DNA of 64,000 nt from an uncultured Gammaproteobacteria bacterium (GTDB taxonomy: Bacteria; Patescibacteriota; Microgenomatia; UBA8517). Shown piece after piece: positions 60,615 through 64,000 of this stretch. Position 1 is the stretch's first letter. Every line of letters starts with the position of its first letter. The stretch spans positions 55,547 to 119,546 of the forward strand of contig CAYXBV010000001.1 of the NCBI GenBank assembly GCA_964463425.1, read 5' to 3'. The translations under genes were made by a program, and so were the position numbers. The notes beneath the pieces were generated by a model. That model did no database searches and had not been told where the DNA came from. It was given only the letters and a program-made list of their open reading frames with translations.

Positions 60615-61580
60615 ATGAAAATAGTTTTTTTCGGAACTCCCGAATATGTTGTCCCCGTTGTCAAAGCGCTTCATAAAACGCTTAAGCCTTCCGCTGAAAA
60701 TAAATCCAGTATTGTAGCTGTTGTAACACAAGGACCAAAGCCCGTTGGCAGAAAAAAAATCTTATCTCACTCCCCAGTTGATAAGTGGGCGTACGATAAA
60801 GGCATACCAATTTTTACTGACAGCAATGAATTACTTGAATCCGAACTAAGTCCCGATATTGGCGTCCTTGCTTCTTTTGGTCAAATTATTCCCAAAAAAG
60901 TCTTGAACTACTTTCCATACGGAATTCTAAACATTCACCCATCACTTCTTCCCAAATATCGAGGAGCGTCACCTGTGCGTTCTACGATAGCTAGTGGCGA
61001 AAAAGAAGCGGGTGCCACAATTATTAAGCTTGATGAAGAATTGGATCATGGAAAAATAGTTTCCCAATTTAAAATAGACCTTGAAGATAAAGACACATCC
61101 GAGATACTTCGAGAGAAACTTTTTAACCAGTCTATAGATGTGCTTTGTTCACTTATAAAACCATATCTAGAAGACAAGATACACCTCAAAACCCAAAACG
61201 AAAAAGAAGCAACATACACAACACAGATAACAAAACCTGAAGCACATATACAACCCAAATTTATTAAAAGCGCACTAGGGGGAAAAACAATCAAAGAAAA
61301 AATGGAAATACCTTTCATTAAGGTCGGAGCAGAAAAAAAGGCACTTCAAGTAAGCGTTACTCCTGAAACCATTGATGGTTTTATTCGAGCCATGCTTCCC
61401 TGGCCAACTGCATGGACAACCGTAAAAACAGATTCCAAAAGTAAGCCAATAAGACTAAGGATACTAAAAGCTCATATTTCTGACTATGTTTTAGTTTTAG
61501 ATGAAGTTCAACTTGAGGGTAGGAATATTGTTACTTGGAAACAACTCAAAGAAGGCTATCCAACAGTAATGTTTTTGTAG
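60615..61580 (+). CDS. fmt: Methionyl-tRNA formyltransferase
   Basis: IVFFGTP, NIHPSLLPKYRGASP, LDHG, IRA..PWP. Confidence 0.93.
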   Translation: MKIVFFGTPEYVVPVVKALHKTLKPSAENKSSIVAVVTQGPKPVGRKKILSHSPVDKWAYDKGIPIFTDSNELLESELSPDIGVLASFGQIIPKKVLNYFPYGILNIHPSLLPKYRGASPVRSTIASGEKEAGATIIKLDEELDHGKIVSQFKIDLEDKDTSEILREKLFNQSIDVLCSLIKPYLEDKIHLKTQNEKEATYTTQITKPEAHIQPKFIKSALGGKTIKEKMEIPFIKVGAEKKALQVSVTPETIDGFIRAMLPWPTAWTTVKTDSKSKPIRLRILKAHISDYVLVLDEVQLEGRNIVTWKQLKEGYPTVMFL

Positions 61581-61807
61581 CCACCTATTGCTCCCGACTT
61601 CTTAATTCTCTTGAGACACTTTGTGCAAATTCTCATTTTTGTTTTTTTGCCAGATATGTTCAGGGTAACCCTTTGTAAATTGGGCTTAAAAACTCTTCTT
61701 GTTGAGGGCGCTCTCTTCTTCCAACGCTTACCAGCAACACCCCGCTTGTGTCGTTGAGACCTGCCTACAACGTTTCTTTTTTCGCATATTTCGCAAATGT
61801 ATGTCAT
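61556..61807 (-). CDS. rpmB: 50S ribosomal protein L28
   Basis: CEIC, TRRVFKPNLQ, ICTKCLK. Confidence 0.92.
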   Translation of the reverse strand: MTYICEICEKRNVVGRSQRHKRGVAGKRWKKRAPSTRRVFKPNLQRVTLNISGKKTKMRICTKCLKRIKKSGAIGGYKNITVG

Positions 61808-61863
61808 GTTTGTAATCCTTTCGACGCTTGATTATACTACAAAGATACAGCTTCACAAATAGT

Positions 61864-62520
61864 ATGTTAAATATAATCGTTTGGATACTCGCTTTTATAG
61901 TTGCCATTACCATTCATGAGACAGCCCATGCTTGGATGGCCGACAGACTTGGAGACCCTACTCCCAGGCTTATGGGAAGATTGTCTCTAAACCCTCTAGT
62001 TCATTATGACCCTATTGGAACAACTCTTTTGTTTATATTGGTAATCATGAGATCGCTTGGTGTACCCGTTATTCCTTTTGGTTGGGCTAAGCCAGTTAAG
62101 TTTGATCCCTACAACCTCAAAAATCCCAGAAGGGACTCTGCCTTAATTTCATTTGCAGGTCCTTTGTCTAATTTAGTACTAGCTACAGTTTTGGGTATTA
62201 TTGTTCGCATTGCCTCCACTCCCTTTTCGCCAATGCCTTTTATCGCTGATTTTTTATATCCCTTCATTATTCTTAATGTCGTTTTAGCTATCTTTAACCT
62301 TGTCCCCATCCACCCACTCGATGGAGGAAAAATTCTTATTGGTCTTCTTCCAGCCAAAGACGCTTATGAAGCAGACAGGTTCTTAAATCGATATGGCATC
62401 ATCATTTTATTCCTCCTAATTTTCCCAACCTTTGGGGGCACTTCTCCCATTTTTATGTTTCTTACGCCAATACTTAACTTCATTCTTGGTATTCTTGTCC
62501 CAGGCAGCCCTGCCATCTAA
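61864..62520 (+). CDS. Site-2 protease (M50, YwhC/SpoIVFB-like)
   Basis: HETAH, LGDPT, SLNPL.H.DP.G, FGWAKPV, AGP.SN, FNLVPIHPLDGG. Confidence 0.92.
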   Translation: MLNIIVWILAFIVAITIHETAHAWMADRLGDPTPRLMGRLSLNPLVHYDPIGTTLLFILVIMRSLGVPVIPFGWAKPVKFDPYNLKNPRRDSALISFAGPLSNLVLATVLGIIVRIASTPFSPMPFIADFLYPFIILNVVLAIFNLVPIHPLDGGKILIGLLPAKDAYEADRFLNRYGIIILFLLIFPTFGGTSPIFMFLTPILNFILGILVPGSPAI

Positions 62521-62560
62521 AGTCCTTACACCGATTGACTTCATCTGATAAAATATACAT

Positions 62561-62718
62561 AACCCTGCAGAAGGGTGTTTTCGGAAGAGTTTTTTCCTCA
62601 TCGAAAAACACTTAGGGAGGGCATATAGCCTTAGCTCGTGGGCTAAAGCTGAGCTCACCCACCTGGATTTGTCCGGGGAAAAGTTATCTTCCGTTTGACC
62701 CTCGGCAGGGTTCTTTTT
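62561..62718 (+). ncRNA. Structured rod-like non-coding RNA (6S RNA candidate)
   Basis: Extended -10 TGaTAAAAT (62546-62554); nested pairs AACCCTGC/GCAGGGTT, AGGGT/ACCCT, CGGAAGA/TCTTCCG, TTTTCC/GGAAAA; ends in a T-run. Confidence 0.65.
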
Positions 62719-62784
62719 TATAATTTCACAGTATCTTCATTTTTTGGTATAATTACGCATATTTGCAAGCTGCAAATATCGTTT

Positions 62785-62856
62785 GCCGGCGTAGCTCAGT
62801 GGTAGAGCAACGGTTTTGTAAACCGTAGGTCAGTGGTTCAATCCCACTCGTCGGCT
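62785..62856 (+). tRNA. tRNA-Thr(TGT)
   Basis: GCCGGCG/CGTCGGC acceptor; ACGGT-TTTGTAA-ACCGT anticodon arm; GTTCAAT. Confidence 0.95.
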
Positions 62857-62936
62857 CATATATCATGTAATGTATTTGAAAATCAAAACCTCATTTCATT
62901 ATTGACGCACAATCAATGGCAGTATATTCTGGGACT

Positions 62937-63539
62937 ATGTCCATTGACGAGATTAAACATCTATATTTCGAAAAACAACTTTGCACTCGTGAAATTGGAG
63001 AAAAGCTTAATAAAACTACTTGGCAGATCATTAGGACGATGAAAAAACATAATGTTGCCCGTCGTACCTCTGCGGAAACCCAAAAAATACAGTTTCAAAG
63101 AAAGCCTCTTTCCTATAATAAAAAAGTGAGACTTTCTTCCTTTGAAAAAAGTCTCTATGAAGCAGGGCTAATGCTCTATTGGGCGGAAGGTGTTAAGACT
63201 AGGGGTACTGTTGATTTTGCCAACAGCGACAGCAGAATGGCTTCAATATTTCTTTCTATGTTGCGATCCATATACCACATAGATGAAAAGCGTCTGCGAA
63301 TTCTGTTATATTGTTACGCCAATCAAAACACTGAAAAACTTATAAAATACTGGTCAGCAAAATTAAAAATTCCAACACTGCAATTTATTAAGCCTTATGT
63401 TAAACACGATTATAATAAAAAAAAGACACACAAAATGCCACATGGACTAGTCCACATTCGGTATCATGATAAAAGATTATTTGAGCAAATATTGAAAGAT
63501 ATTGATATAATATCTAGAAAGTTAAAACAAAACGTTTAA
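62937..63539 (+). CDS. HTH plus LAGLIDADG-like homing-endonuclease-family protein, tRNA-associated
   Basis: N-terminal HTH (HLY...LCTREIGEKL); GLMLYWAEG LAGLIDADG-like helix, FANSD, YWS, G...IRY; promoter TTGACG-17-TATTCT-6-ATG 62937. Confidence 0.75.
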   Translation: MSIDEIKHLYFEKQLCTREIGEKLNKTTWQIIRTMKKHNVARRTSAETQKIQFQRKPLSYNKKVRLSSFEKSLYEAGLMLYWAEGVKTRGTVDFANSDSRMASIFLSMLRSIYHIDEKRLRILLYCYANQNTEKLIKYWSAKLKIPTLQFIKPYVKHDYNKKKTHKMPHGLVHIRYHDKRLFEQILKDIDIISRKLKQNV

Positions 63540-63624
63540 GCTGGGATGGCAGAGTGGTCAAATGCACGAGTCTGTAAAACTCGCGCCCGAACGGGCTACG
63601 TAGGTTCGAATCCTGCTCCCAGCA
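63540..63624 (+). tRNA. tRNA-Tyr(GTA)
   Basis: GCTGGGA/TCCCAGC acceptor; CGAGT-CTGTAAA-ACTCG anticodon arm; long variable arm; GTTCGAAT. Confidence 0.95.
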
Positions 63625-63702
63625 CACTTTCTCTCTGAGATTGAAAATCAACCTCACTTATTGAACACATTGGGTTTTGGTATAATCTCTATGCAATAGT
63701 TT

Positions 63703-63774
63703 GCCTGGGTAGCTCAGGGGCAGAGCACCAACTTGGTAAGTTGGGGGTCGGTGGTTCGAATCCACTCTCAGGCT
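63703..63774 (+). tRNA. tRNA-Thr(GGT)
   Basis: GCCTGGG/CTCAGGC acceptor; CCAAC-TTGGTAA-GTTGG anticodon arm; GTTCGAAT. Confidence 0.95.
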
Positions 63775-63814
63775 CAAAGTTGTATAAATAATAGAAAAGT
63801 GTAAAATATCATCT

Positions 63815-63988
63815 ATGGCCAAAAAAGGAGCTAGAGAAATCGTTGCAATGGTTTGTTCTGAGTGTAAGGCGCATAATTACGCCACCATGAGGAATAAAAT
63901 CAATATGGAAAAAAAGTTAGAAATAAAAAAGTACTGCAAAAACTGCAAAAAAAATACACTCCATAAAGAAACTACCAAGCTAAAGTAA
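63815..63988 (+). CDS. rpmG: 50S ribosomal protein L33 (Zn-binding form)
   Basis: Below the ORF-track cutoff; translates as MAKKGAREIVAMVCSECKAHNYATMRNKINMEKKLEIKKYCKNCKKNTLHKETTKLK. Confidence 0.95.
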   Translation: MAKKGAREIVAMVCSECKAHNYATMRNKINMEKKLEIKKYCKNCKKNTLHKETTKLK

Positions 63989-64000
63989 AACTTCGTTTTT

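Larger units (their letters stand above)
62876..63669 (+). repeat. Degenerate direct repeat pair (62876-62911 and 63641-63669)
   Basis: TTGAAAATCAAaaCCTCAtttCaTTATTGA versus TTGAAAATCAACCTCACTTATTGA. Confidence 0.55.

Noticed and set aside
62561-62718. RNase P RNA, SRP RNA or tmRNA identity for the structured RNA
   Set aside because: No GAGGAAAGUCC (RNase P), no SRP domain IV CAGG-GGAA-GCAG motif, and no tRNA-like ends or tag ORF recognised on either strand.
62857-63539. Group I intron carrying the endonuclease inside a tRNA
   Set aside because: Both flanking tRNAs are complete and uninterrupted, and there is no room for a ribozyme core.

Overview
A densely coded, low-GC bacterial chromosome segment using genetic code 11. 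The gene content and the many trimmed proteins suggest a Patescibacteria (CPR) genome, probably Microgenomates/Woesebacteria-like; this placement is inference only. It carries a type IV pilus cluster (pilin, pilC, pilT, pilB), split gyrB/gyrA, a Xer recombinase, and replication/repair genes (holB, dnaB, ssb, recR, dnaX, topA, dprA). Translation genes include efp, hisS, cysS, proS, prfA, frr, tsf, def, fmt and seven ribosomal proteins. It also holds mreB, PBP2, a tdk-dNK-tmk kinase operon and four tRNAs. No CRISPR array, rRNA or IS element was seen. The best leads are: (1) a complete His-codon leader-peptide attenuator upstream of hisS-eamA; (2) a leaderless HTH-LAGLIDADG-like gene in the thrU-tyrU-thrT cluster, abutting tRNA-Tyr and bracketed by a degenerate direct repeat; (3) a ~150-nt rod-shaped ncRNA with its own promoter; (4) a GGQ protein resembling ArfB with the basic tail moved to the N-terminus, plus an RF1 lacking domain 1; (5) three adjacent nucleoside/nucleotide kinases, each altered at a canonical catalytic residue; (6) a dif-like 11-6-11 palindrome whose arm recurs upstream of the xer gene. 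All calls come from reading motifs by eye; no searches or folding programs were run.
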